Assembly: GCF_006345805.1 (NCBI RefSeq)
Contig: NW_021832101.1
Location: 1-33,368, forward strand
Direction of reading: 5' to 3'
From: Octopus sinensis
Lineage: Eukaryota
DNA length: 33,368 nucleotides
A program made the position numbers and the translations under genes. Position 1 is the first letter of the stretch, and each line of letters starts with the position of its first letter. The notes under the pieces were generated by a model that was not told the origin of the DNA, did no database searches, and saw only the letters and a list, made by a program, of their open reading frames with translations. This document shows, one piece after another, positions 11,052 to 22,616 of this stretch.

Positions 11052-11554
11052 AAGTAAATAAGATGGCTAGCAGCAGGCTGTTTCGCCTCATACCGAAGGA
11101 ATTAGAAATGGCAGTCAAAGACTGTTTTTTCCATTTTCTGTAAGTGGAGAATCCAAAAACGAAGGCCCGTGCGGCTCACATACACAAAACCGGAGTAGCA
11201 AATAGACGCAAACAGTCACTTACCGTTAATAACGAACACGTGTTTCTGGATCACAAACATAGAAAAGTAGTTTGATTTCCGTCATCGGCGCTATATTCGA
11301 ATATAGCGCCGATGACGGAAATCAAACTACTTTTCTATGTTTGTGATCCAGAAACACGTGTTCGTTATTAACGGTAAGTGACTGTTTGCGTCTATTTGCT
11401 ACTCCGGTTTTGTGTATGTGAGCCGCACGGGCCTTCGTTTTTGGATTTTCCACTTACAGAAAATGGAAAAAACAGTCTTTGACTGCCATTTCTAATTCCT
11501 TCGGTATGAGGCGAAACAGCCTGCTGCTAGCCATCTTATTTACTTTACTATATA
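11043..11554. repeat. 512-bp spacerless palindrome (256-bp arms, 1 mismatch seen)
   Basis: Centre TTC|GAA between 11298 and 11299. Only mismatch seen is G11149/T11448. Left end merges into (TA)n. Confidence 0.95.
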
Positions 11555-11806
11555 CTGAACCTTACAAAGTTCCTGACGATAAATTTGTCGTATTTACATA
11601 CCGAAATTTACCGGTAAATAATTGTTGGTTACATGAAAAACCACAGAAAAATTATTTACCATTTTTATTGTATATATATATATATGTATATGTATATATA
11701 CATATATACATATACATATATATGGATGCGTATATATATACATATATATATGTATATATACTATATAAATATAAATATATGTATGTATGTATATATATAT
11801 ATATTA

Positions 11807-11858
<52 letters not shown>

Positions 11859-12142
11859 TATATATGTAGTCTTAATGGGCTCTAGAAGAGAGACATATTG
11901 TACCTCACAACTAAAACAAAGCTAAATAGCAGATATGGTGGATAAGCATCTTGTCTAAGGATGGTATATGGTTTCATTCCCAGATGAAATTAGTTGCTGT
12001 GATTTCCCAGCTAGATAAGTACTCTATTACAGTAGAATATTTGTTTTCCATATCAAAGAATTTGAGAAAGCCACCAAGGAGAGAGCTATGTCGATTGAAC
12101 TCAGCTTAAGGTGGTTGCATTGGGCAAGATACTGGAGGCTTC

Positions 12143-12610
12143 TTCAGAGAGCACAAATGTTAGGCAAGGAACATGCGGGAAATCCAGTTAGAATAATAGA
12201 GGAGGGTAAATAAGATAAGATAGAGTAGAATAGGTAAAAAAAAAAAAATTAGTAAATAATGGAATGTAATATATATGGTACGAACTTCATTTTAAGGTGT
12301 TGATATTCCATTCTCTGGCAAGTAAGTTAAGTGACTCTCAGGAGATATATCCGTGGGCTGCACGGTTAACATCGTGATTCTATTATACTGCAGCCTACGG
12401 ATATATCTCCTGAGAGTGACTTTACTTCGTTACCACAGGAATAACATCTTAAAATGAAGTTCTTACTTTTCCTTACCATCTCTATTACATTACATTATTT
12501 ATTATATTTTTATTTTTACCCATTTTACTCTATCTTATCTTGTTTACCCTTCTCTATTATTCTAACTGAAATTCCCACATATTAGTTTCCTAACATTTGT
12601 ACTCTCTGAA
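12143..12610. mobile_element. Foldback/MITE-like element: ~220-bp diverged arms, 26-nt loop
   Basis: ttcagagag...ccgtgggctgca mirrors tgcagcctacgg...ctctctgaa. Loop at 12363-12388. Confidence 0.85.
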
Positions 12611-12696
12611 TGAACCTTGAGGCTCAACCCTTACCCAGTTTCTGTCCAATGTTTGTTCATCCCTGTATATCACTGACGTGATGACGATGACTTAGA

Positions 12697-12737
12697 AGAT
12701 TCTGCGGCCTCATGGCAGAAACGGCCGTAGGTGATCT
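12697..12737 (+). ncRNA. Degenerate hammerhead remnant (3' half recognisable)
   Basis: GCC-tcat-GGC-a-GAA-ACGGCCGT-A. Stem III is palindromic; the 5' CUGANGA core is damaged. Confidence 0.4.
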
Positions 12738-13192
12738 ATATCAGTACACTCATCTATTACTATTAGTCATTCATCTCTCTCTATATATATCTGTTTACAT
12801 ATTTATTGGCTTATCTCATTCGTTTACTTGAACAATTTAAACACGTTTGTTACTTAATACATGGATATAATGGAATGTTTACTGGCTGATGTTTGTCAAT
12901 TTTATATCCTCTCCATTTTCTTATATGCCTTATAAATCCTGGGTAAATTGCCAATTTACCGCCACCCATACCTAGTATTCAATTGCGATATTGCCCTCCC
13001 CTCCAATAGTAAGTACTTGGTTAAAAATACGGAGGTACACACCCAGTAGTATATTGGATATTTAATATCCCTTAGATGGTTTCTTAACCTCTAATAAATA
13101 TATATATATGTGTGTGTGTGTGGTGTGTGTTTGTGTGTGTATGCATATATATATATATATACTTACACACACACACGCATATATATATATGC

Positions 13193-13229
<37 letters not shown>

Positions 13230-13751
13230 AAGATATATAGATAAACCGAAAATCATGCGGATAAGTTTAGATAAATGCTTCTATATATAGATATACGGGT
13301 GTATATACATACTTACATATATACATATACATAGTATATATATATATATACACACACACACACATATATATATATATGTGTGTGTGTGTGTGTAAACACA
13401 CGCACACACATACGTATACATGTCGCATATAAATATGTAAATATTTAATGTTTTAGTGACTGACGCATACTTTCATATTTCTAAATATTTTTTTATGTTT
13501 ATTTTATAAGTTGATACCACAGATACAATACGATATACAGAACGACCTTGTCAGACGCATAGTTTATTGTTAAGAAATACGCAATGTTTTAAAGAATAGC
13601 ATGTGACGTTGTAACGAAATACTATAAATATTTATTTAATCATTGCAAACACCAATTTAGTAAACAATGCGAATTACTTACGGTAACATGACCAGCAATA
13701 ACCATTGATTGGTCGCCATTTTTGTTATTACTATTATTATTATATTTATTA

Positions 13752-14155
13752 TACTCTTTTACTCTTTACTCTTTTACTTGTTTCAATCATTTGACTGCGG
13801 CCATGCTGGAGCACCACCTTTAGTCGAGCACATCGACCCCGGGACTTATTCTTTGTAAGCCCAGTACTTATTCTATCGGTCTCTTTTGCCGAACCCCTAA
13901 GTGACGGGGACGTAATCACACCAGCATCGGTTGTCAAGCAATGCTAGGGGGACAAACACAGACACACAAACACACATACATATATATATATATATACATA
14001 TATTCGACAGGCTTCTTTTCAGTTTCCGTCTACCAAATCCACTCACAAGTTTGGTCGGCCCGGGGCTATAGCAGAAGACACTTGCCTAAGATGCTACGCA
14101 GTGGGACTGAACCCGGAACCATGTGGTTGGTTAGCAAGCTACTTACCACACAGCC

Positions 14156-14159
<4 letters not shown>
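13752..14159 (-). mobile_element. SINE family A, near full length
   Basis: Reverse complement of 9007-9414. Confidence 0.92.
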
Positions 14160-14228
<69 letters not shown>

Positions 14229-14243
14229 ATTCTTCTTCTTCTT

Positions 14244-14303
<60 letters not shown>

Positions 14304-14332
14304 ATTAATGTTGTTGTTGTTGTTGTTGTTGT

Positions 14333-14365
<33 letters not shown>

Positions 14366-14395
14366 TTTTATTATTATTATTAGTAGTAGTAGTAC
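14160..14395. repeat. Compound (ATT)n-(CTT)n-(ATT)n-(GTT)n-(ATT)n microsatellite
   Basis: Direct reading. Confidence 0.95.
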
Positions 14396-14417
14396 TAGTA
14401 AATGCTTAGTCTTTGTC

Positions 14418-14538
14418 TTCTGAATTCAAATTCCGTCAAGCACCACTTTGCCTTTCATCTTTTGAGGGTTGATAAAATAAGTACAATTTGAGTACGGATG
14501 TCGATGTATAGGCCCTATGCCAATAGTAGAAAAGATTG
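14418..14538 (+). mobile_element. SINE family B fragment
   Basis: ttctgaattcaaattccg...ctttgcctttcatc...gataaaataagtac aligns with 21655-21740. Confidence 0.7.
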
Positions 14539-14545
14539 TAGTTAT

Positions 14546-14920
14546 AAGTGACTTTGGAGTACAGATATATGAAGCCCAATATATGCATCATGGCTAACTG
14601 TCTGATAAGGGTACACCAGGCACATGCATCACAACCATATGTGCGCGACATGGGGATCTCGTATCCAGATCAACAAAACATGACTTTGTAAGTGGGGCCT
14701 GGTCAGAATTTCCTTTAGGTCGAGTAGCCCATCCTGCTCAAAAGGTTCATGAATAAGGCTTGTTTAAGGATGTTGAATGAAACACCCATGTTTCCAGAAG
14801 TGAATAATTCAAACCGCAAAGAATTACACTCGACATATGGCTATGATGCACCCCCACTACTTCTGCTAGTGAACAGAGATGCACATATCGTCAGCCACTA
14901 AGAGACATGCTCAACTGGTT
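14546..14920. mobile_element. Partial second copy of the ~550-bp element at 4486
   Basis: Colinear with ~4517-4885, then joins a SINE-B fragment at 14918-14995. Confidence 0.8.
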
Positions 14921-14998
14921 GACTTTGCCTTTCATCCTTTCGGAATTGATAAAATAAGTATCAGATACGTTCTGAGTTCAAGTTTCACCGAGATTAGC

Positions 14999-15733
14999 AA
15001 AGATAGTCAAACCTTCACGCATAATTTTTGCAAACACAATACAATAGATGACATAATTCCTTTAGTGATTAACTGGCACCGAAATTTCGCTGGCATTTCA
15101 AAAGAGTTGCATGAAAGTTACCAGCATGTGGCGAAAAGATATCCTCGCTTCAAACAGATATTTCCTCAGCTGACTATTGTAGCCTTTTGACCGAATAAGA
15201 ATATAATAGAATTATTGACCTCTATTTCTGACTCCAAGAAAACGAACATTGGAGTATCTGAACGCTGTGCCTTGAAAAACAGCCGCAAGAGAGGTAATCC
15301 CTGTTCATTGTGCAACAACATGAGTCAAGTGAATTCCACCAGGAATCATAACAGAAATATTATGATTTATACAGAAGGGACATGTAGAGATTCGCTTTTG
15401 GTGTACGCGGCAGAATGCACGAAACACAACTTGATTTATGTTGGTTGTACAACAGAACATTTAAACAAAATGTTTAATGGGCACAGATTCGACGTCAGCC
15501 ACAATAAAAGTAGTTCGACAGAACTTGCCGAACATTTCGTTTCAAACGGCTGCAATTTTGAAAAAGACTTTTGAAAAGTGCATATTCTCAGAAGATATTC
15601 TGAATCTGCTCTACTTTCACTTCTCAGAATGCATGAGGAGAAATATGTTTGCGGGTTATTAACATCACGCCCTGGAGGAATGAATAAAATGACAGGTGAA
15701 TATCATCAAATTTATACAAAGCTGTTTGATTAA
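14999..15733 (+). pseudogene. Penelope-like element ORF C-terminus with GIY-YIG endonuclease; single frame, two TGA stops
   Basis: PLVINWH...IFPQLTIVAF*PNKNI; TCRDSLLVYAAECTKHNLIYVGCTTEHLNKMFNGHRFDV..ELAEHF; *KVHIL..HEEKYVCGLLTSRPGGMN. Stops at 15188-15190 and 15572-15574. Confidence 0.88.
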
Positions 15734-15995
15734 ATGTTCTTCTTTTTCTCTCTTTTCTTTCTTCATTTTTCCTGTCTTTTTTCTGTCTTTTTCTTTTCGT
15801 CTGTTATAAAGTTGTAACTTAAAGACTGATGATGTTATTCCATCAACGTGTGGATGCTGGTTGCTCTCGTTAATACTTTACATTTAAATTTCTATAATTT
15901 TGAATTTTTATCACTTCTTATTTTGAACTCGACAGACTTACTGTTGAAATATCGTTTAACCAATAAAATATCTATTACAATCGAATCGTGCTTTT
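15734..15995 (+). repeat. Probable Penelope pLTR/3' region
   Basis: T-rich stretch after the ORF stop, CTGATGATG at ~15826, stem GACAG-actta-CTGTT-GAAA at ~15931, AATAAA at ~15962, then (ATT)n. Confidence 0.5.
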
Positions 15996-16004
15996 CATCT
16001 TGAC

Positions 16005-16065
<61 letters not shown>

Positions 16066-16578
16066 TAGTTTTAATCTGCATGTCAGTTACAATCACTTGC
16101 CGAGACACACCCAGCTTCCTAGCGCGAGTGAACGATAAGAGATTTTACAGTATGTCTCAAAGCTTGTGGAGGTGAAGTGACATATAATACAGCACAAACG
16201 TTTAAATTGATGGGTTTTTCTAACGATGTGGGCAGTACTTGTCAGCACAATCTTTTGGATTTCTTTGAGACATGGTTCTCCTGGGATATTATCTAGATAT
16301 TTCTGACATCCCTTTCTTATCATCTCTAGGGTACCCACAATAACAGGAACGACTCCTCCTTTAAGATGCCACATCTTTTGTATTTCAAATTCTAGGTCCT
16401 TATAATTACTTAATTTGTCAAATTCATTTACAGATATATTTTATGAGTGGGATCACTTACATCTATTAGTTTACAAATATTTTCTTCCTCGTCTTTAATG
16501 ACTATGTCTGGTCGATTAGCCTGGATCGTTCTTTGAGTGTTTACTGGAAAATCCCAGAGGAGAGTGACATTTTAAACT
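16066..16578 (-). pseudogene. 5'-truncated RLE non-LTR retrotransposon (R4/Dong-like), second subfamily, within (TAA)n
   Basis: NVTLLWDFPVNTQRTIQANRPDIVIKD..LIDVS..EFDKLSNYKDLEFEIQKMWHLK..VPVIVGTL..EIQKIVLTSTAHIVRK. (ATT)n at ~15996-16065 and ~16579-16727. Confidence 0.9.
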
Positions 16579-16586
16579 TATTATTA

Positions 16587-16692
<106 letters not shown>

Positions 16693-16774
16693 CATCATTA
16701 TTATTATTATTTTATTATTATTATTATACTCTCCCCCAAAATTCCTGGCCTTGTGCCAAAATTTGAAATCATTT

Positions 16775-16836
16775 ACTACTACTACTACTCGTGCTACTAC
16801 TACTACTTGTGCTGCTACTACTACTACTGCTGATGA

Positions 16837-16875
<39 letters not shown>

Positions 16876-16879
16876 CAGC

Positions 16880-16920
<41 letters not shown>

Positions 16921-16936
16921 CAGTAGTAGTAGTAGC

Positions 16937-16980
<44 letters not shown>

Positions 16981-17020
16981 CAGTAGTAGTAGTAGTAGCA
17001 GTAGTAGTAGTAGTAGTAGT
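16775..17020. repeat. (ACT)n followed by a long (AGT)n tract with AGC interruptions
   Basis: Direct reading. Confidence 0.95.
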
Positions 17021-17135
17021 AGGCGATGGATTGGCAGAATCGTTTGAGCGATTATCTTGTGGTATTTGTTCCACCCCTTTACGTCCTTAGTTCAAATCCC
17101 GCTGAGGTCATCTTTGCCTTTCATCTCTCACGAGG
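17021..17135 (+). mobile_element. SINE family B 5' fragment
   Basis: aggcgatggattggcagaatcgtt...ttagttcaaatcccgctgaggtc.ctttgcctttcatc aligns with the head at 21587. Confidence 0.75.
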
Positions 17136-17141
17136 TCAATC

Positions 17142-17189
<48 letters not shown>

Positions 17190-17587
17190 TAATAATAATA
17201 ATAGCTTTTTATTTGTCATCAGAGCAGCGATGAAAGAAGAAAAAGGAAGAGGTGAAGTTGATGATGAGGAGGAGGTGGGGGTGGAGGAGGAGGTAGATCA
17301 GAAGGATATGGATGGGGAGGAGGGGTAGAATGGCCAATACCATGCTGTCCCACTTACCTTACTATAGAGTTTGCTCGGCATCTGTGTGGCGTTTGGCTTT
17401 GATGAACGTGGTAGGTCGATCTTCAGTTTCAAGAACGGAATCAACCATGCATTAAAAGAAAACGAAATAGAAGACACACACACACACACACACACTCATG
17501 TACACAGACATGCATATATATCTATATGCACACACACACACATATATATATGTTGGTATATATATATATATATATATATATATACAA

Positions 17588-17623
<36 letters not shown>

Positions 17624-17732
17624 GTATACGCACACATATACATAGATACATATACATATGTGTATATATATTTGAACTTTTACTCCGTATACTGTAATTA
17701 TCCGGCATCAAAGGAAACGCAGAAATACCTAC

Positions 17733-17859
17733 TGCAAACATGAAAGGGTTAAAACGTCCAGTGGGATAGATTCGATGAAATGGGATAATTAACTGAAAAC
17801 ATGAGATGGAAGCAGCAACAGTCGTAGCCATCCCGGAAGTGAGCTAGAGCACCATTTTG
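17733..17859 (-). promoter_or_regulatory. Candidate housekeeping-type promoter plus first coding exon (speculative)
   Basis: ETS/GABP-like CCGGAAGTG (17833-17841) next to ATG at 17831; YY1-like CCATTTTG (17852-17859); 33 codons, then a GTAGGT donor at 17732. Confidence 0.3.
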
Positions 17860-18261
17860 ATAAACCGGAATTTAAAACAGATTACGTAAAATACATAACA
17901 TAATAATTATAAATGTAGAAGGAAAAAGAAAAAACAAACTTCAAATGAATTCAGGATTGCATCACCAGCCCTCCATTGGTGTGGATATCCCTTGACAGAA
18001 TGGGGGTAACATATGCCCCCGAACTGTCGTGCTTTTGAAAGTGGGTAGAAGGTTACACAAGAGACTTCAGGTAGGTGCACATGTACTGAATGGCTTGCTG
18101 GGAAAAGATGCCCTTATTGCACTGAACTTTGCCGCTTAGTTGGTGATAAAAGAAAACCCGGAGAGAGAGAAAGAGAAAGAGAAAGAGAGAGAGAGAGAGA
18201 GAGTGAGAGAGAGAGAAATAGAGAGGGGAGAGATGGAGAGAATGTGAGGGAGATAGGGGTG

Positions 18262-18572
18262 AACTGGCATTCCGTCGGTTACCACGATGAGCGTTCTAGT
18301 TGATCCGATCAACGAAACAACCTGTTCGTGAAATTAACGTGCAAGTGGCTGAACACTCCGCAGACAGACATATGTATCACAAACGTAGTTCTTTGGGAGA
18401 TGCAGCGTCACACGGAATGTGATGAGGCTGGTCCTTTGAAGCACAGGCACTGCTCGTGTTTGCCAGACCAAGAGGACTGGAGCAACGTGAAATAAAGCGT
18501 CTTACTGAAGGACACGTGCAGCCAGGAATCGAACTCTTGAACTTACGATCATGAGCTAAATACTCCTAACCA
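18262..18572 (-). mobile_element. SINE family C (tRNA head plus CORE-like domain)
   Basis: Aligns with 19703-20016 and 32427-32751. Confidence 0.85.
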
Positions 18573-18777
18573 AGTAACAAAAGTATAATTTGATGGTGGT
18601 ATTGCTTGAGATTGTTGAAGAGATTGTAAACGCTGGTGAAATTTCCAGAAATTCAAACTCATTTATTTCAGTTTCACAAAATATCAGATATCCATGCTTA
18701 GCGGGTAGTTTCGGGTTGTTGTCAGCAATCTGCTCGTTCAGAAAATGAGTGGTAAGTTTTTAATTCTTTGAAAATAA

Positions 18778-19620
18778 TTTTCTCGAAAGCCATACCTCTG
18801 TCTTCTCGACATTGATTTTCATTCCTGCTTTACAGTACTTACCACGGAACCTATTTGCTGTCCGCTGAATATCACTTTCTGTCGAGTACCATGTCCGCAC
18901 AGGCGGAAGAAGCCTGTTCAGGGTGCTTTGAATACCAGTGAAGCCACTCCAGAGTAGGTAGAGAATTTCAAATACCTCAAGGCCTTTTTCTTGAGAGATG
19001 GAATGCAGGTGGGTGAATTTAATGAAATAATTTTAAACGCTTCTGCTTTTCCAGGAGCAATAATGCCCCGGTTTCAGAACTCGGCCATCAAAAGAGGAAA
19101 GGGAGAAGAGGAAAAGCTAAAATTGCAATCTTCAAATTAGTTTCCATGCTTATTTATCTATAGTCATAAATCTTGGATAGTGACTGAAAAAGTATAATCG
19201 CGAATCCCAGCAGCCGAAATGGGATTCTTCCGAAGAGTCGTTGGAGCAACGTAACTCGATGGGGTCTATAACTTGGAAATCATTCTAGATTGAGTTACTA
19301 ATTCTTAAGATTAACAGGTCACAGCTCTGGTACTAGAAGCATGTGGTGAGAATATTTGAGAAAAGAATCGCAGAAGAGATCTTCATGACAAGACCATCCA
19401 GCCGGCGACTTAGAGGTAAACGACGAGCGAGATGACTGGATAACATCCGTACCTTTGGTTGATGTCTTTTAGACGAGCTACGATGAAACCCGAGCGACGC
19501 AGTTTGAAGAATCCATAACTACGAGTGGTCTCGTTTAGGTGATCTAGATTGTATATATGTTCGTGGTCTGGGATTACGCAGAAGCAGGTTAACCTGTTCA
19601 GTGATCTCGGTTCAGACAAC
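18778..19620 (+). pseudogene. RTE-clade LINE remnant with an inverted 5' segment (18778-18900)
   Basis: Plus strand: VENFKYL, AKIAIFKL, SWIVTEKV*SRIPAAEMGFFRRVVG, RSQLWY*KHVVRI, RRLRGKRRAR*LDNI. Minus strand 18778-18900: STESDIQRTANRF..AGMKINVEKTEVWLSRK. Confidence 0.82.
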
Positions 19621-19702
19621 AATATATTTTTCGAGTCTTTCTTAGAAAAACCTTCTCTAGAGGAGTTATGGAAACGGCGAGACCCATTTAGGATGGCGAA
19701 AA

Positions 19703-20016
19703 AACTACCAGTCTGTCGGTTATGATGAGGTTCCAGTTGATCCTATCAACGGAACTGCTTATGAAATTAACGTGCAAGTGGCTGAGCACTCCGTAGACAC
19801 TCTTATCCACAATGTAATCCTCAGGGATATTTAGCATGACACAAAATATGACAAGGCTGGCCCTTTAGAATACAGGTATTACTCATTTTTGCCATTTGAG
19901 TGACCTGGAAAAAACGTGAAATAAAGTTTCTTGCTGGAGGACACAACGAGCCGCCGGAAATCGAACGCACGACCTTACGATCATGAACCGAATACCCTAA
20001 CCACTAAGCCACGCGC
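19703..20016 (-). mobile_element. SINE family C, near full length
   Basis: Head (reverse complement) GTGGCTTAGTGGTTAGGGTATTCGG..GTTCGATTTCCGG. CORE-like cctccagcaagaaactttatttcacg. Confidence 0.88.
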
Positions 20017-20597
20017 TTTCACAAATGGTTAAAATACGTAAGCACAAACACACACATACACACAGATATACACATATATAAAAAGAAGTCTATTTATGTT
20101 ACCCGTTATATGTGTGTATGTATGTGTATGTGTGTGTGTGCATGTGTGTGCATGTGTGTATGAGCGTGGTTTTGCCTGCGCGCGCGTGTATGAGCGTGAG
20201 CGCGTGGTTAAGGGTCCTATATGGCACGCATGCGTACTCATGCAAAAGAACGCATAGAAGCTATTGAAAGTAGTATAAGATGTCTTCATTACTTAAGGTT
20301 AGGACTTCCTAAAATCTATCAAAACGGCATGAATGTCACCACAGCTTCACAGTCCACACAAAGCAATTAAACAAACTCATAATCTACTGCAAATTGGTTA
20401 TAATTAACCATAATCAATTATTAATACTTTATTAATATATGAAGTATTTTAGACGACATAAAACTAGTGAAAGATATGTTAAGCATTTAAATATGATTAA
20501 AATCACTCTGTAACCTCGTTTCTTTTCTATATTTACGTTCTCATTAAATTCTATACGATGTCAGTTTTCAAGATTCTTCGTGAAGTCTCATTCCCCT

Positions 20598-20632
<35 letters not shown>

Positions 20633-20958
20633 CTTTTCCTTTCTTCATTCTTTCTATCTTTCTCTCGCAGATTCTCATCTTTCTCGAACCATCACCCAAC
20701 CTCTTTCTGGTTGTACAACCAGAGTTTTAATTCCTTTCAAAATATAGCATGGACGTAAATGATACAGTATTCTTTCTAACAATACAAATATTTATAACTA
20801 CAAGCAAAACACTCGCACACACCCACCCACACACACGCACGCACACATGTACTCAAAATCACATCTCCGATTCAGTAAATACGGGTTTGTTGCAATTCTC
20901 TAAAGTCCATTACCAGCCATGGTGGAAATATGTGGTCTAAATTCTTAAGACGTTATAC

Positions 20959-21120
20959 TTACGATCTGAGTTCAAATGCCACCAAGGTCGATTTTGCATT
21001 TCCTTTTCGGGGCCGATAAAAGAAGTTCGAGTTGGCCACTGGGGTCGATATTATCGACCAGCTCCCCACCCCAACACGCGCGCAAATTTCAGGCCTTCTG
21101 CCTATAGTAAAAAGGATTAT
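20959..21120 (+). mobile_element. SINE family B, 5'-truncated
   Basis: ctgagttcaaat..aaggtcgatttt..ggggtcgat..aaatttcaggccttctgcctatagtaaaaaggattatt. Confidence 0.8.
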
Positions 21121-21586
21121 TTCGTTACAGTAACATGGTTTGGGAATGCAAGAACACTTAAATCTGATTACAATTTGTTCAATAATTAACATCGTTCATT
21201 AATTCGGTTCAGGTATTCCTTTGTTTAACACGTCAGTTGTCACTCTTTAACCTCCTCATGCAAAAACGCAATGTGACACTTGGCGTTGGTTCTTATAACA
21301 TTGATGCCGTTAAATTGTTCTTTAACTGCATCAGAAATATTCTTTGAAATTGGTTATGCTGCTTGGCATAATCTTTAAGATATTTAAATTCCACCAGAAC
21401 ATGCTTCACCGAAGCATGACGACGAACAGGTGTGTCTCTCCAGTAACGCCAGGTAACAAATAATGGCCGTTATTGAAAGCAGGACGCACACAGCTCTCAG
21501 GAAAGATCACAACTTAGCTGGCTTCATTTTCATGTGAACCAAGTTCGGTTCCTTTGCTTAATATGAGCGTAATATTCCTACCTCCA

Positions 21587-21986
21587 AGGCGGCGAGCTGG
21601 TAGAACCGTTAGCACGCTGGGCGAAATGCTTAACAGTATTTCGTCTGCCGCTACGTTCTGAGTTCAAATTCCGCCGAGATCGACTTTGCCTTTCATCTTT
21701 CGGGGTCGATTAAATAAGTAACAGTTACGCACTGTGGTCGATGTAATCGACTTAATCCGTTTGTCTGTCCTTGTTTGTCCTCTCTGTGTTTAGCCCCTTG
21801 TGGGTAGTAAAGAAATAGGTATTTCGCCAGTCGCTCCGTTCTGAGTTCAAAACCCGCCAAGGTCGACTTTGCTTTTCATTCTTTCAAAGTCAATGAATTA
21901 AGTACCAGTTGCGTACTGGGGTCGATCGAATCGACTGCCCCCTTCCCCAAACATTTCAGGCCTTGTGCTTAGTGTAGAAAACAATA
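21587..21986 (+). mobile_element. SINE family B dimer: full copy (to ~21817) fused to a head-truncated copy with a different tail
   Basis: ggtatttcg..cgttctgagttcaaa..gtcgactttgc occurs twice, at ~21640 and ~21818. Confidence 0.85.
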
Positions 21987-22316
21987 TTCCTACCTCGTTT
22001 GTGTTACGTTACACTCTCCGTATCTTAAATATGACAGATCTTGGTGGTCAGAATATGTCAAAGATTTTTTTTTTGTTATTTTGGAGAGATTTCCTATGCT
22101 CTCTGTCTGTTTCAGTCCTGACCGTTCATACTTCGCTGTGCCTATCACTTCTATTATTTCAGAGTGGTCTATGTAAACTCATCAGAGGTACTTGGGGTCT
22201 AAAAGCGCCTTGTCGTCGGGTCTATACGCAGCCTCATATCAGAGCGAAATTTCGCTATTTTATATTTTATACTCATATATTAAACAGTAGCAAGTGTTCT
22301 GTAAGACGCAGTTACA

Positions 22317-22372
<56 letters not shown>

Positions 22373-22578
22373 ACACACACACGTGCACACACACACAAAC
22401 AGGCACTGCGTGTATGAATGATGAAAAAATATATGCATATACATGTGTATGTACATTATCGTATATATATATAAAAATAGATATGTATTTATATGTGTGT
22501 ATGCATAAATATATATGTACATAACTATATATATACTTACATACATGCATATATATATATACATATACACATATAGAC

Positions 22579-22616
<38 letters not shown>

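Noticed and set aside
11490-11525. tatgaggcgaaacagcc looks hammerhead-like
   Set aside because: No CUGANGA core and no valid stem II placement
11573-11625. CTGACGA ... GAA-ATTTACCGGTAAAT-A
   Set aside because: Core words and a palindrome are present, but stem I does not form and stem II is out of register
17742-17752. AAAGGGTTAA as a piggyBac-like right end
   Set aside because: Short motif with no matching left end nearby
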